From positions 35,218,001-35,282,000 of the forward strand of contig OZ249440.1 in NCBI GenBank assembly GCA_965235115.1: a stretch of DNA of 64,000 nucleotides. The letters run 5' to 3'. Numbering within the stretch: position 1 is the stretch's first letter; every line of letters starts with the position of its first letter. Under the pieces are notes generated by a model that had not been told where the DNA came from, did not search any database, and saw nothing but the letters and a program-made list of their open reading frames with translations. Source of the DNA: Laetmonice hystrix (taxonomy: Eukaryota). Positions 12,785-23,575 of the stretch are shown piece after piece. The position numbers and the translations under genes are program-made.

Positions 12785-14256
12785 TATAGTAGTTAAAGTA
12801 TTCAGAGGTTTTGGTAAAGTATTCAGAGGTTTTGGTAATTATTTGTTATTAATTCAAGACCAGAATTACCGAATCACTAAGTTCATGTACTGGAACTTAG
12901 GAATAAATGAACAAGTATTAAGTTCAAATAACAAAGCTTGTACTATATTCGATTTATTTCGAAAGTACGAGTCTGTATAATTTGAACTTGTCAAATATTT
13001 GAACTTGTCAAATATTTTAATTAACTTATATCAAATAAGTTAACCTAAGTACAATGTAACATTTAGTTCATGTACTTGAATTTATCAGATTAAGCACTGC
13101 TAACTTCCTAAGTTACATTCAAGAAAATCACTGAAGTTCAGTAAAATTCAAATAGTGGAGTGCTTATAGTAAGCTGAGATAACAATAGGGTAATTTAATT
13201 GACTGTAAATTCAAAGTCAGCACCGAATATTTCAGTGTAACAATTAAATAAATAAATAAGCAATGCTAGGTAATACTGTCAAATCCCATATATCACTCAC
13301 TTACCACTTCTTGACCCTGAATGTCTCTATAACGTGTATCACGTTTATGCATAGAATCAAATATATCAGGGCTTTAGTATCTGCTAGTATTTGTCAAGTT
13401 GAAAAGGTATGGTTACTGTCTACCTTTGAGTATGTATATTCTATATTGTACTACTAATTAATTGTAGTCGGAAACGACTGCACCGGTGGTCTGAGTGAGC
13501 GAGGCTCTATGTACCTCTATTCACCAGTCTCACCAGCTGCTATGTGTATGCAAATCGTCCCTAGTATATCACTATTTGTGAATTATTACCGTGAAGTTAG
13601 TGTTAACTTACGCTGTAATTATGTGAACTTAGTATAGATGCACAGACACATAGTATGAGCAACAATACAATTCACCAGTATCAAAAAATAATAGGTCGGT
13701 ATTGCCAGCACACAGTCGACCTACCGTCGCGCTGTACCGCGCCCCCCGTGGGGACCGGGGTAAGAATGTTCCCCAGCCCCCCCTGGCTGTTCGTAAGAGG
13801 CGAATAAATGGGGCGACTTGTTTGCCGTGAGTCGCGACCCGTGTCGGTGGAGGAAGAGGTCCTGGTACCTGAGGACGGTGAATTGCTGCGGCTTTTCACA
13901 GGTCCAACACGGTGCTTTGGCTCCTACTTCACCTAGACGGGAGGTTGGAGAGGCCCGATCCAATCAATCGGCTGGTCACGCCTTGCCCTAGGATTTTTTC
14001 TATTGAGTACCCTTTACAGTGGATTTAATTCTCAAATACAATAGGCAACATCTATCGTAACTTTTCTTCTTTATTCCTAGAAGGCGGTGGCTTAGGGTCA
14101 ATCAAGTAATGGCAACACCCTCTTTCGTTCCATTGCTTGAGTATACCAACCCTATATCCTTGGTTTGCAACTGCTGGTTACCGCAGCTCTGCACTTCCCC
14201 TTGTTGGGCTCCGTGGAGGGTGGGGAATAGGGTTGGTGAAACACTCTAACACAAAC

Positions 14257-15575
14257 ATGGCATCAAACAATCCCCCAAAAAGAAAACTACTGAAACTAAC
14301 GGACTCTGACTCGGACCGGTCTATGGAGAATGAACACTTGACGGAATGGCCTCGTTTTATCATTGTTGAATCGGCAGAAGCTGAACGACCAATATCTAAG
14401 CTATCCCCTTTTGCCATACATAAAGGCATATTGGGGATAGCTGGAACAGTCAAAGATTGTAAACGTTTGAGGTCTGGCCAACTGTTGGTGGAGTGTGCCA
14501 CGAAGGCCCAATCTGCAAACCTGCTGAGTGCCACAGTACTTACAGGTTACAGTATTAAGGCCTCTCGTCACCGGACGCTCAACTCCAGCAAGGGTGTTAT
14601 ACGAACTAACTCTCTTGACACTACGAACTAACTCTCTTGACACTACAACTGAACAGGAGATCCTTGCTGGGTTGAGCTGGCAAGGTGTGTCGGAAGTCAG
14701 AAGATTGATAGTGAAACGAGATGGTAACACCATCAAGACACACACATATTTTCTGACATTCGACAGGCCCACTCAACCAGATGAACTCGAGATTGGCTTT
14801 CTAAAGGTAAAAGTCGATCCCTATATCCCAAATCCTCTGCGTTGCTTTAAGTGCCAGAGGTTTGGGCATGGGACCGACTCATGTAGAAATGAACAAAAAT
14901 GTTCTCAGTGCGCTGAAACAGGACATGACCATACAGGCTGTAAAAAGCCTGCTAAATGTGCCAACTGCGGGCAAGGTCATTCCACTGTTTCACGCGAGTG
15001 CTCCGTGTGGAAAAAGGAGAAGGAAATTCTGAAGGTTAAAACAGAGAGAAAACTTAGTTTCCCAGAGGCACGCAAACTGGTGGAGCAATATCTGCTTCCA
15101 CCAACAGTTAAAACCTATGCTGCCGCTGTTAAACCTACCACACGGACTTTCGCTTGTCAAACGGAGATGGTGTGGGTCAAGGGGGATAAACCTGTGACCT
15201 ACCCTGATCCCGATGACAGCACAAATGAACTGCCTAAGAAAGCTGTCTCGAGTCAGCCACCTAAAAAGTCAACCTCAACACAGAGCCAGACAACCTCGGT
15301 TCCTCCTCCACAGGCCGGGCCGAGTACCAAAGAACCAACTCCGAAAAAAGATCAACCAAGTACTAAAGAGTCATCTACAAAGAAAGATCAACCAAAAAAA
15401 GAAAATAATGACAGATCGGCTGCCCAAGGCAGCCTCCAACAATAGTGCAATAGCACTTACAAACAAATTTCAGCATCTTCAAGATGTTGAAATGGCTGAT
15501 GCTACGACTTGTCGTAGTCGCAGCCTTTCCCCCAAAATAAAATCTAGGGGGCGTTTGCCTGTTAAACCACCTTGA
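14257..15575 (+). pseudogene. LINE ORF1 (subfamily A) with two frameshifts
   Basis: Near-identical to 21948-23243; 22-bp tandem duplication TACGAACTAACTCTCTTGACAC near 14600-14643 and an A-run indel near 15395. Confidence 0.93.
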
Positions 15576-16853
15576 TGGCAGGCAAATGCTTCCTTCAATG
15601 GAATTGTCGAGGTTTTAGAGCCAATTTTAATGAGCTTAGACTTTTAGCAGAAAACCTCAATCCTCTTGCCTTTTGCCTACAAGAAACATTTCTTACTGCC
15701 CGAGACAAGGTCTCATTTAAGGGCTATCACACTTTCTTTGGTTTTGCACCAGATGGTGACCGTGCTGCTGGCGGCACTGCCATTCTGGTTCGACAAGACC
15801 TCATCCATAGCCCTATTACAATAAACACACCATTGCAAGCAATAGCCATACGCCTAACTCTACATAAAGCCATCACTGTCTGCTCCATATACATTCCCCC
15901 AAACAGTAACTTGGCCCACCAGGATCTTGATGATTTAGTGGGTCAACTGCCAACTCCGTATCTCCTTTTGGGAGATTTTAATGGCCACAATCCCTTATGG
16001 GGTGGCACCACAACTGATGGCAAGGGCAAGAGGATTGAAGAGTTCATTGATAATCATGCTCTATGCATTTTTAATGATGGTTCAAACACATACCTACATC
16101 CTGGTCATGGCACCTATACAGCCATTGACCTTGCAATAGCCAAACCAGATCTGCTGCTGGATTTCTCCTGGAGGGTCTTGGACGACCTTTGCGGGAGTGA
16201 CCACTTTCCCACCATCCTTACATATGAAGGACCCAGTATAGGGCAAAAACAACAAAGGTGGCAACTTAAGAAAGCCGACTGGCACTCCTTCCAGGCCCTC
16301 TGTCGGGAAGAATTCAGAGCAGACAACATTAACGATCCTGAAGCAATGGATGATTTTACCTCGCTTTTAATCTCCATTGCAGACAGGACGGTTCCTAAAA
16401 CCTCGACAATTCATAAACATGTCTCAAATCCATGGTTTAATGATGACTGCAAACAGGCAATTAAAGACCGGAAGAAAGCAGAACGCCTTTTTAACAGGCA
16501 CCCAACTGCAGTGAACCTTACCAACTTTAAAATCATGAGAGCAAGGGCACGCCGTATCTGTAAAGAGAGACGGAGGCAGAGCTGGAGAGACTATGTCTCC
16601 AGCCTGACCTCTCGTACTCCTATCACAAAAATCTGGAACATGATACGGAAACTTAAAGGCAAGGGAGGTGGTACTGGAGTTCAACACTTAAAACATCAAA
16701 ACACCTTATTAACCACCACAGATGCAATAGCAAACAAACTAGCCGAAACATTTCAAACAAACTCCTCCTCCAGGAACTGCCTCCCTCCATTCCAAGCCAT
16801 TCGTGCTCAAAAAGAGAAACAAAAACTAAACTTCCATTCTGACAACAGAGAAG
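15575..16853 (+). pseudogene. LINE ORF2 5' part (APE endonuclease and linker)
   Basis: QWNCRG, CLQET, GDFNGH, SDHFP; ATG overlaps the ORF1 stop (TGATG). Confidence 0.93.
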
Positions 16854-18084
16854 TGAGTGAGTAGTGGTGGTTTTCCGCCGTGCCGGCATCCGGGGCCATC
16901 TTCACGGCGAAAACAGGGTTAAAAGACCATGAAATGAAAGGAACCTATTTTATCCCGGGCCCCAACGGGAATATCATTAAAACACACTCTATCCTGTCAG
17001 CCCAACCGGGCTATCGACGAGCCTGAACTATAAAAGAGTCAGAAGTCCAGCTTCTGACAAAAACTCTAAAATCACTCCTGGTCTGACATTGATAAAAAGA
17101 TCCTTAAGACTTGTCTCACTATAAAACCGTTGTCTGATCAGAGTAAAATCACCACACTCAAGTAAAAGATGCTTCAGTGTCAAAGGACACTGACAGCCAT
17201 GACACTCTGGAGGTGGCTCCCCCTTAAATAAAAACACGTGGGTTAATCTAGAATGACCAATCCTGCATCGAGTATAAACAATTTCATGCCTACGTTGGGT
17301 TAGGCCGTGATGATACCTTTGGTTCACGACAGGACTGATCTGATACAATTTATTGTTTGGTTGTTCATCCCATTCAGCCTGCCATTTGTTCTTAATGTAA
17401 GCCCAGATGGTAGGTCTGAGGTCAGAGGCTGGAATTGGACACAGTTCGACGTCTGTTTCAAGAGCCCTCTTGGCAGTTCTATCAGCTTGCTCATTGCCCG
17501 GGATGCCAACATGACCAGGCACCCAGCAAAAGTGAATATCAAAGTTTGCATTGGCAAGCACTGCCAACTTGGACAAGATTTGAACGATCACTGGGTGATC
17601 TGTGTTCAAGTTAGCAAGTGCTTGCAGACAGGATAAGGAATCCGAGAAAATGAGGAAATCCTTTTCACTAGAAACTTCAATATTTTCAAGGGCAAGAAGC
17701 AGGGCCCGGGCCTCTGCTGAGAAGATGGAACTTTGCCCTGAGATGCGGGTGCCGAAGTTGTGCTTGCCATGAACTGCAGCCGCAGACACATCACTGCCAT
17801 CCTTTGAGCCATCAGTATAGAAGGCATAATGTGAGGGATACCTTGCCTGGACGTCAAGAAAATGTTCAAAATATGTCAGGGGATGAGTCTCTGACTTCTT
17901 CAGTTGAGCCAACTGAAAAATGACGTCAGGCTTTTTCAGGTCCCAAGGAGGAATGTTGCAAAAATGTGTCTGCCCCAGGACGTGCAGACCAACATCCAGT
18001 TCCTCTAGATGAGGTTTCACCCTCAGTCCAAAAGGACGTATGTACGTTTCCTTTCTTTCATACAAATGTTGGAACTGAGGGTGA
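16854..18084 (-). mobile_element. 5'-truncated I-group LINE (RNase H, CCHC, 3' UTR, tail); 3' member of a head-to-tail pair
   Basis: ORF 17028..18125; tail at 16854; its 5' end joins the tail of the next copy through GTGA microhomology (18081-18084). Confidence 0.93.
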
Positions 18085-18264
18085 GTGAGTGAGTGAGTAG
18101 TGGTGGTTTTCCGCCGTGCCGGCATCTGGGGCCATCTTCACGGCGAAAACAGGGTTAAAAAGACCATGAAATGAAAGGAACCTATTTTATCCCGGGCCCC
18201 AACGGGAATATCATTAAAACACACTCCATCCTGTCAGCCCAACCGGGCCATCGATGAGCCTGAA

Positions 18265-21200
18265 CTATAAAAGAGTCAGAAGTCCAGCTTCTGACAAAAA
18301 CTCTAAAATCACTCCTGGTCTGACATTGTTAAAAAGATCCTTAAGACTTGTCTCACTATAAAACCGTTGTCTGATCAGAGTAAAATCACCACACTCAAGT
18401 AAAAGATGCTTCAGTGTCAAAGGACACTGACAGCCATGACACTCTGGAGGTGGCTCCCCCTTGAATAAAAACACGTGGGTTAATCTAGAATGACCAATCC
18501 TGCATCGAGTATAAACAATTTCATGCCTACGTTGGGTTAGGCCGTGATGATACCTTTGGTTCACGACAGGACTGATCTGATACAATTTATTGTTTGGTTG
18601 TTCATCCCATTCAGCCTGCCATTTGTTCTTAATGTAAGCCCAGATGGTAGGTCTGAGGTCAGAGGCTGGAATTGGACACAGTTCGACGTCTGTTTCAAGA
18701 GCCCTCTTGGCAGTTCTATCAGCTTGCTCATTGCCCGGGATGCCAACATGACCAGGCACCCAGCAAAAGTGAATATCAAAGTTTGCATTGGCAAGCACTG
18801 CCAACTTGGACAAGATTTGAACGATCACTGGGTGATCTGTGTTCAAGTTAGCAAGTGCTTGCAGACAGGATAAGGAATCCGAGAAAATGAGGAAATCCTT
18901 TTCACTAGAAACTTCAATATTTTCAAGGGCAAGAAGCAGGGCCCGGGCCTCTGCTGAGAAGATGGAACTTTGCCCTGAGATGCGGGTGCCGAAGTTGTGC
19001 TTGCCATGAACTGCAGCCGCAGACACATCACTGCCATCCTTTGAGCCATCAGTATAGAAGGCATAATGTGAGGGATACCTTGCCTGGACGTCAAGAAAAT
19101 GTTCAAAATATGTCAGGGGATGAGTCTCTGACTTCTTCAGTTGAGCCAACTGAAAAATGACGTCAGGCTTTTTCAGGTCCCAAGGAGGAATGTTGCAAAA
19201 ATGTGTCTGCCCCAGGACGTGCAGACCAACATCCAGTTCCTCTAGATGAGGTTTCACCCTCAGTCCAAAAGGACGTATGTACGTTTCCTTTCTTTCATAC
19301 AAATGTTGGAACTGAGGGTGAAAAACGCAATTGTAAGCTGGATTTGAACTGTCCGTCCCGAGCTTGACTGCATACTGCAGAGCCAGCTTCAGACGCCTGT
19401 TGTCAAGCGATGGCTCTCGGGCCTCCACATAGAGGCTCTGAACAGGAGACGTTCTAAAAGCCCCAAGTGAAAGCCGCAAACCCTGGCGGTGAACCGTGTC
19501 CAAAAGCCGAATGTAAGACTTACAAGCAGAACCATAAACTATGCTACCGTAATCGAGCTTCGACCGGATTAAAGCTCTGTACAGTTGTAAAAGGACTGTA
19601 CTGTCTGCCCCCCAGTTTGTGCCAGATAAAACCTTGAGAACATCCAGCGCCTTAAGGCATCTGGATTTCAGTGATTTAATGTGAGGGACAAAAGACAGCT
19701 TGCTGTCAAAAGTGAGTCCCAGAAACTTTGTCTCCTTAACGACCTTGATAGGATCTCCATCCATTGTCAACTCAGGGTCAAGGTGGAAAGCACGCAGTTT
19801 GCAGAAATGCATGCAGACCGTTTTAGACTTTGAAAACTTAAAACCATTTTCCACCGACCAAGTGTGGATTCTGTTGAGACAGAGTTGGAGCTGCCTCTCA
19901 ATGGCATTCATGTTTTTGCCTCTGCAGCAGACGTCAAAGTCATCGACAAACAGGCTGCAGGGCATGCCAGTTTTAACCGAGTTAACAATGCTGTTGATCT
20001 TAATACTAAAAAGGGTAACGGACAAAATGCTTCCCTGAGGCACACCTAATTCTTGGTCGTGCAAGTCAGACAGGGTCGTGCCTACTCTGACTTGAAAATG
20101 TCTGTTGGATAAAAACTGAGATATGAAAAGGGGCAAACGCCCCCTAAAACCCATATCATGTAAATCTTTTAAAATGCCGTACTTCCATGTTGTGTCGTAT
20201 GCCTTTTCAAGGTCGAAAAATACGGCAACAACATGTTCACGGTTGATAAAAGCATCTCGGATGTATGTCTCGAGTCTGATCAGATGATCAAGAGTACTTC
20301 TCCCTCGCCGGAAGCCACACTGAAACTCGGTTATGAGCTGCTCAGACTCCAGCTTCCAGACGAGGCGATCATTAATCATTCTCTCCATGGTTTTGCACAG
20401 GCAACTTGTTAAGGCTATTGGTCTGTAATTGTTAGCTTCACTATGGTCTTTTCCTGGTTTTGGGATGGGGATGATTATTGCTTCTTGCCAGGAACGGGGT
20501 ATATTACCAGTTATCCAGATATTGTTGAAAATGTGAAGAAGTATGAGAAGGGTGGTATCAGGTAAATGTTTTAAAAATTGGTAATGTATTCTGTCAGGTC
20601 CAACTGCAGTGTCGTGTGATTTTTTAAGAGAGCATTTGAGTTCTTCAATAGAGAAGAGTTGGTTGTACTCTTCTCTGTTGTCAGAATGGAAGTTTAGTTT
20701 TTGTTTCTCTTTTTGAGCACGAATGGCTTGGAATGGAGGGAGGCAGTTCCTGGAGGAGGAGTTTGTTTGAAATGTTTCCGCTAGTTTGTTTGCTATTGCA
20801 TCTGTGGTGGTTAATAAGGTGTTTTGATGTTTTAAGTGTTGAACTCCAGTACCACCTCCCTTGCCTTTAAGTTTCCGTATCATGTTCCAGATTTTTGTGA
20901 TAGGAGTACGAGAGGTCAGGCTGGAGACATAGTCTCTCCAGCTCTGCCTCCGTCTCTCTTTACAGATACGGCGTGCCCTTGCTCTCATGATTTTAAAGTT
21001 GGTAAGGTTCACTGCAGTTGGGTGCCTGTTAAAAAGGCGTTCTGCTTTCTTCCGGTCTTTAATTGCCTGTTTGCAGTCATCATTAAACCATGGATTTGAG
21101 ACATGTTTAGGAATTGTCGAGGTTTTAGGAACCGTCCTGTCTGCAATGGAGATTAAAAGCGAGGTAAAATCATCCATTGCTTCAGGATCGTTAATGTTGT

Positions 21201-21948
21201 CTGCTCTGAATTCCTCCCGACAGAGGGCCTGGAAGGAGTGCCAGTCGGCTTTCTTAAGTTGCCACCTTTGTTGTTTTTGCCCTATACTGGGTCCTTCATA
21301 TGTAAGGATGGTGGGAAAGTGGTCACTCCCGCAAAGGTCGTCCAAGACCCTCCAGGAGAAATCCAGCAGCAGATCTGGTTTGGCTATTGCAAGGTCAATG
21401 GCTGTATAGGTGCCATGACCAGGATGTAGGTATGTGTTTGAACCATCATTAAAAATGCATAGAGCATGATTATCAATGAACTCTTCAATCCTCTTGCCCT
21501 TGCCATCAGTTGTGGTGCCACCCCATAAGGGATTGTGGCCATTAAAATCTCCCAAAAGGAGATACGGATTTGGCAGTTGACCCACTAAATCATCAAGATC
21601 CTGGTGGGCCAAGTTACTGTTTGGGGGAATGTATATGGAGCAGACAGTGATGGCTTTATGTAGAGTTAGGCGTATGGCTATTGCTTGTAATGGTGTGTTT
21701 ATTGTAATAGGGCTATGGATGAGGTCTTGTCGAACCAGAATGGCAGTGCCGCCAGCAGCACGGTCACCATCTGGTGCAAAACCAAAGAAAGTGTGATAGC
21801 CCTTAAATGAGACCTTGTCTCGGGCAGTAAGAAATGTTTCTTGTAGGCAAAAGGCAAGAGGATTGAGGTTTTCTGCTAAAAGTCTGAGCTCATTAAAATT
21901 GGCTCCAAAACCTCGACAATTCCATTGAAGGAAGCATTTGCCTGCCAT
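18265..21948 (-). CDS. LINE ORF2 polyprotein, 1227 aa: APE endonuclease, reverse transcriptase, RNase H, CCHC
   Basis: Open frame with WNCRG/QET/GDFN/SDH (APE), DLEKAYD/GVPQG/FVDD (RT), YTDGS/AEA/SDS/WVPGHVGIPGNE (RNase H), CxxC...H...C. Confidence 0.97.
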   Translation of the reverse strand: MAGKCFLQWNCRGFGANFNELRLLAENLNPLAFCLQETFLTARDKVSFKGYHTFFGFAPDGDRAAGGTAILVRQDLIHSPITINTPLQAIAIRLTLHKAITVCSIYIPPNSNLAHQDLDDLVGQLPNPYLLLGDFNGHNPLWGGTTTDGKGKRIEEFIDNHALCIFNDGSNTYLHPGHGTYTAIDLAIAKPDLLLDFSWRVLDDLCGSDHFPTILTYEGPSIGQKQQRWQLKKADWHSFQALCREEFRADNINDPEAMDDFTSLLISIADRTVPKTSTIPKHVSNPWFNDDCKQAIKDRKKAERLFNRHPTAVNLTNFKIMRARARRICKERRRQSWRDYVSSLTSRTPITKIWNMIRKLKGKGGGTGVQHLKHQNTLLTTTDAIANKLAETFQTNSSSRNCLPPFQAIRAQKEKQKLNFHSDNREEYNQLFSIEELKCSLKKSHDTAVGPDRIHYQFLKHLPDTTLLILLHIFNNIWITGNIPRSWQEAIIIPIPKPGKDHSEANNYRPIALTSCLCKTMERMINDRLVWKLESEQLITEFQCGFRRGRSTLDHLIRLETYIRDAFINREHVVAVFFDLEKAYDTTWKYGILKDLHDMGFRGRLPLFISQFLSNRHFQVRVGTTLSDLHDQELGVPQGSILSVTLFSIKINSIVNSVKTGMPCSLFVDDFDVCCRGKNMNAIERQLQLCLNRIHTWSVENGFKFSKSKTVCMHFCKLRAFHLDPELTMDGDPIKVVKETKFLGLTFDSKLSFVPHIKSLKSRCLKALDVLKVLSGTNWGADSTVLLQLYRALIRSKLDYGSIVYGSACKSYIRLLDTVHRQGLRLSLGAFRTSPVQSLYVEAREPSLDNRRLKLALQYAVKLGTDSSNPAYNCVFHPQFQHLYERKETYIRPFGLRVKPHLEELDVGLHVLGQTHFCNIPPWDLKKPDVIFQLAQLKKSETHPLTYFEHFLDVQARYPSHYAFYTDGSKDGSDVSAAAVHGKHNFGTRISGQSSIFSAEARALLLALENIEVSSEKDFLIFSDSLSCLQALANLNTDHPVIVQILSKLAVLANANFDIHFCWVPGHVGIPGNEQADRTAKRALETDVELCPIPASDLRPTIWAYIKNKWQAEWDEQPNNKLYQISPVVNQRYHHGLTQRRHEIVYTRCRIGHSRLTHVFLFKGEPPPECHGCQCPLTLKHLLLECGDFTLIRQRFYSETSLKDLFNNVRPGVILEFLSEAGLLTLL

Positions 21949-23243
21949 CAAGGTGGTTTAACAGGCAAACGCCCCCTAGATTTTATTTTGGGGGAAAGGC
22001 TGCGACTACGACAAGTCGTAGCATCAGCCATTTCAACATCTTGAAGATGCTGAAATTTGTTTGTAAGTGCTATTGCACTATTGTTGGAGGCTGCCTTGGG
22101 CAGCCGATCTGTCATTATTTTCTTTTTTGGTTGATCTTTCTTTGTAGATGACTCTTTAGTACTTGGTTGATCTTTTTTCGGAGTTGGTTCTTTGGTACTC
22201 GGCCCGGCCTGTGGAGGAGGAACCGAGGTTGTCTGGCTCTGTGTTGAGGTGGATTTTTTAGGTGGCTGACTCGAGACAGCTTTCTTAGGCAGTTCATTTG
22301 TGCTGTCATCGGGATCAGGGTAGGTCACAGGTTTATCCCCCTTGACCCACACCATCTCCGTTTGACAAGCGAAAGTCCGTGTGGTAGGTTTAACAGCGGC
22401 AGCATAGGTTTTAACTGTTGGTGGAAGCAGATATTGCTCCACCAGTTTGCGTGCCTCTGGGAAACTAAGTTTTCTCTCTGTTTTAACCTTCAGGATTTCC
22501 TTCTCCTTTTTCCACACGGAGCACTCGCGTGAAACAGTGGAATGACCTTGCCCGCAGTTGGCACATTTAGCAGGCTTTTTACAGCCTGTATGGTCATGTC
22601 CTGTTTCAGCGCACTGAGAACATTTTTGTTCATTTCTACATGAGTCGGTCCCATGCCCAAACCTCTGGCACTTAAAGCAACGCAGAGGATTTGGGATATA
22701 GGGATCGACTTTTACCTTTAGAAAGCCAATCTCGAGTTCATCTGGTAGAGTGGGCCTGTCGAATGTCAGAAAATATGTATGTGTCTTGATGGTGTTACCA
22801 TCTCGTTTCACTATCAATCTTCTGACTTCCGACACACCTTGCCAGCTCAACCCAGCAAGGATCTCCTGTTCAGTTGTAGTGTCAAGAGAGTTAGTTCGTA
22901 TAACACCCTTGCTGGAGTTGAGCGTCCGGTGACGAGAGGCCTTAATACTGTAACCTGCAAGTACTGTGGCACTCAGCAGGTTTGCAGATTGGGCCTTCGT
23001 GGCACACTCCACCAACAGTTGGCCAGACCTCAAACGTTTACAATCTTTGACTGTTCCAGCTATCCCCAATATGCCTTTATGTATGGCAAAAGGGGATAGC
23101 TTAGATATTGGTCGTTCAGCTTCTGCCGATTCAACAATGATAAAACGAGGCCATTCCGTCAAGTGTTCATTCTCCATAGACCGGTCCGAGTCAGAGTCCG
23201 TTAGTTTCAGTAGTTTTCTTTTTGGGGGATTGTTTGATGCCAT
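21948..23243 (-). CDS. LINE ORF1 gag-like nucleic-acid chaperone, 431 aa, three CCHC zinc knuckles
   Basis: MASNNPPKRK...CFKCQRFGHGTDSC...CSQCAETGH...CANCGQGH; stop overlaps the ORF2 ATG. Confidence 0.95.
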   Translation of the reverse strand: MASNNPPKRKLLKLTDSDSDRSMENEHLTEWPRFIIVESAEAERPISKLSPFAIHKGILGIAGTVKDCKRLRSGQLLVECATKAQSANLLSATVLAGYSIKASRHRTLNSSKGVIRTNSLDTTTEQEILAGLSWQGVSEVRRLIVKRDGNTIKTHTYFLTFDRPTLPDELEIGFLKVKVDPYIPNPLRCFKCQRFGHGTDSCRNEQKCSQCAETGHDHTGCKKPAKCANCGQGHSTVSRECSVWKKEKEILKVKTERKLSFPEARKLVEQYLLPPTVKTYAAAVKPTTRTFACQTEMVWVKGDKPVTYPDPDDSTNELPKKAVSSQPPKKSTSTQSQTTSVPPPQAGPSTKEPTPKKDQPSTKESSTKKDQPKKKIMTDRLPKAASNNSAIALTNKFQHLQDVEMADATTCRSRSLSPKIKSRGRLPVKPP

Positions 23244-23575
23244 GTTTGTGTTAGAGTGTTTCACCAACCCTATTCCCCACCCTCCACGGAGCCCAACAAG
23301 GGGAAGTGCAGAGCTTCGGTAACCAGCAGTTGCAAACCAAGGATATAGGGTTGGTATACTCAAGCAATGGAACGAAAGAGGGTGTTGCCATTACTTGATT
23401 GACCCTAAGCCACCGCCTTCTAGGAATAAAGAAGAAATAGTTACGATAGATGTTGCCTAATGTATAAGAGAATTAAATCCACTGTAAAGGGTACTCAATA
23501 GAAAAAATCCTAGGGCAAGGCGTGACCAGCCGATTGATTGGATCGGGCCTCTCCAACCTCCCGTCTAGGTGAAGT

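Larger units (their letters stand above)
4985..13740 (-). mobile_element. Internal region of a pol-less Gypsy-like LTR element (gag, Thr/Pro-rich ORF, PPT), split by two LINE insertions
   Basis: gag-like ORF from ATG 12784; low-complexity ORF 11039-10552 continues at 5818 after removing the TSD-flanked LINE; PPT and LTR follow; 5' boundary not identified. Confidence 0.6.
18081..23575 (-). mobile_element. Near-full-length I-group LINE (lacks about the first 185 nt) with intact ORF1 and ORF2
   Basis: Tail at about 18081-18100; two uninterrupted ORFs; 5' UTR matches 13925-14256. Confidence 0.97.

Noticed and set aside
18082..18100. (GAGT)n tracts as telomeric repeats or independent microsatellites
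   Set aside because: They are always attached to the LINE 3' UTR, so they are element tails.
17028..18125. 365-aa ORF starting MPARRKTTTTHSLT as a new gene
   Set aside because: Chance read-through from the 3' UTR and tail of one LINE copy into the RNase H of the next.
19700..21429. Recurrent antisense ORFs (MLSKVSPRNF, MIPLV, MPVGFLKL) found in several LINE copies
   Set aside because: Their recurrence is explained by near-identity of the copies; no motif or independent support.
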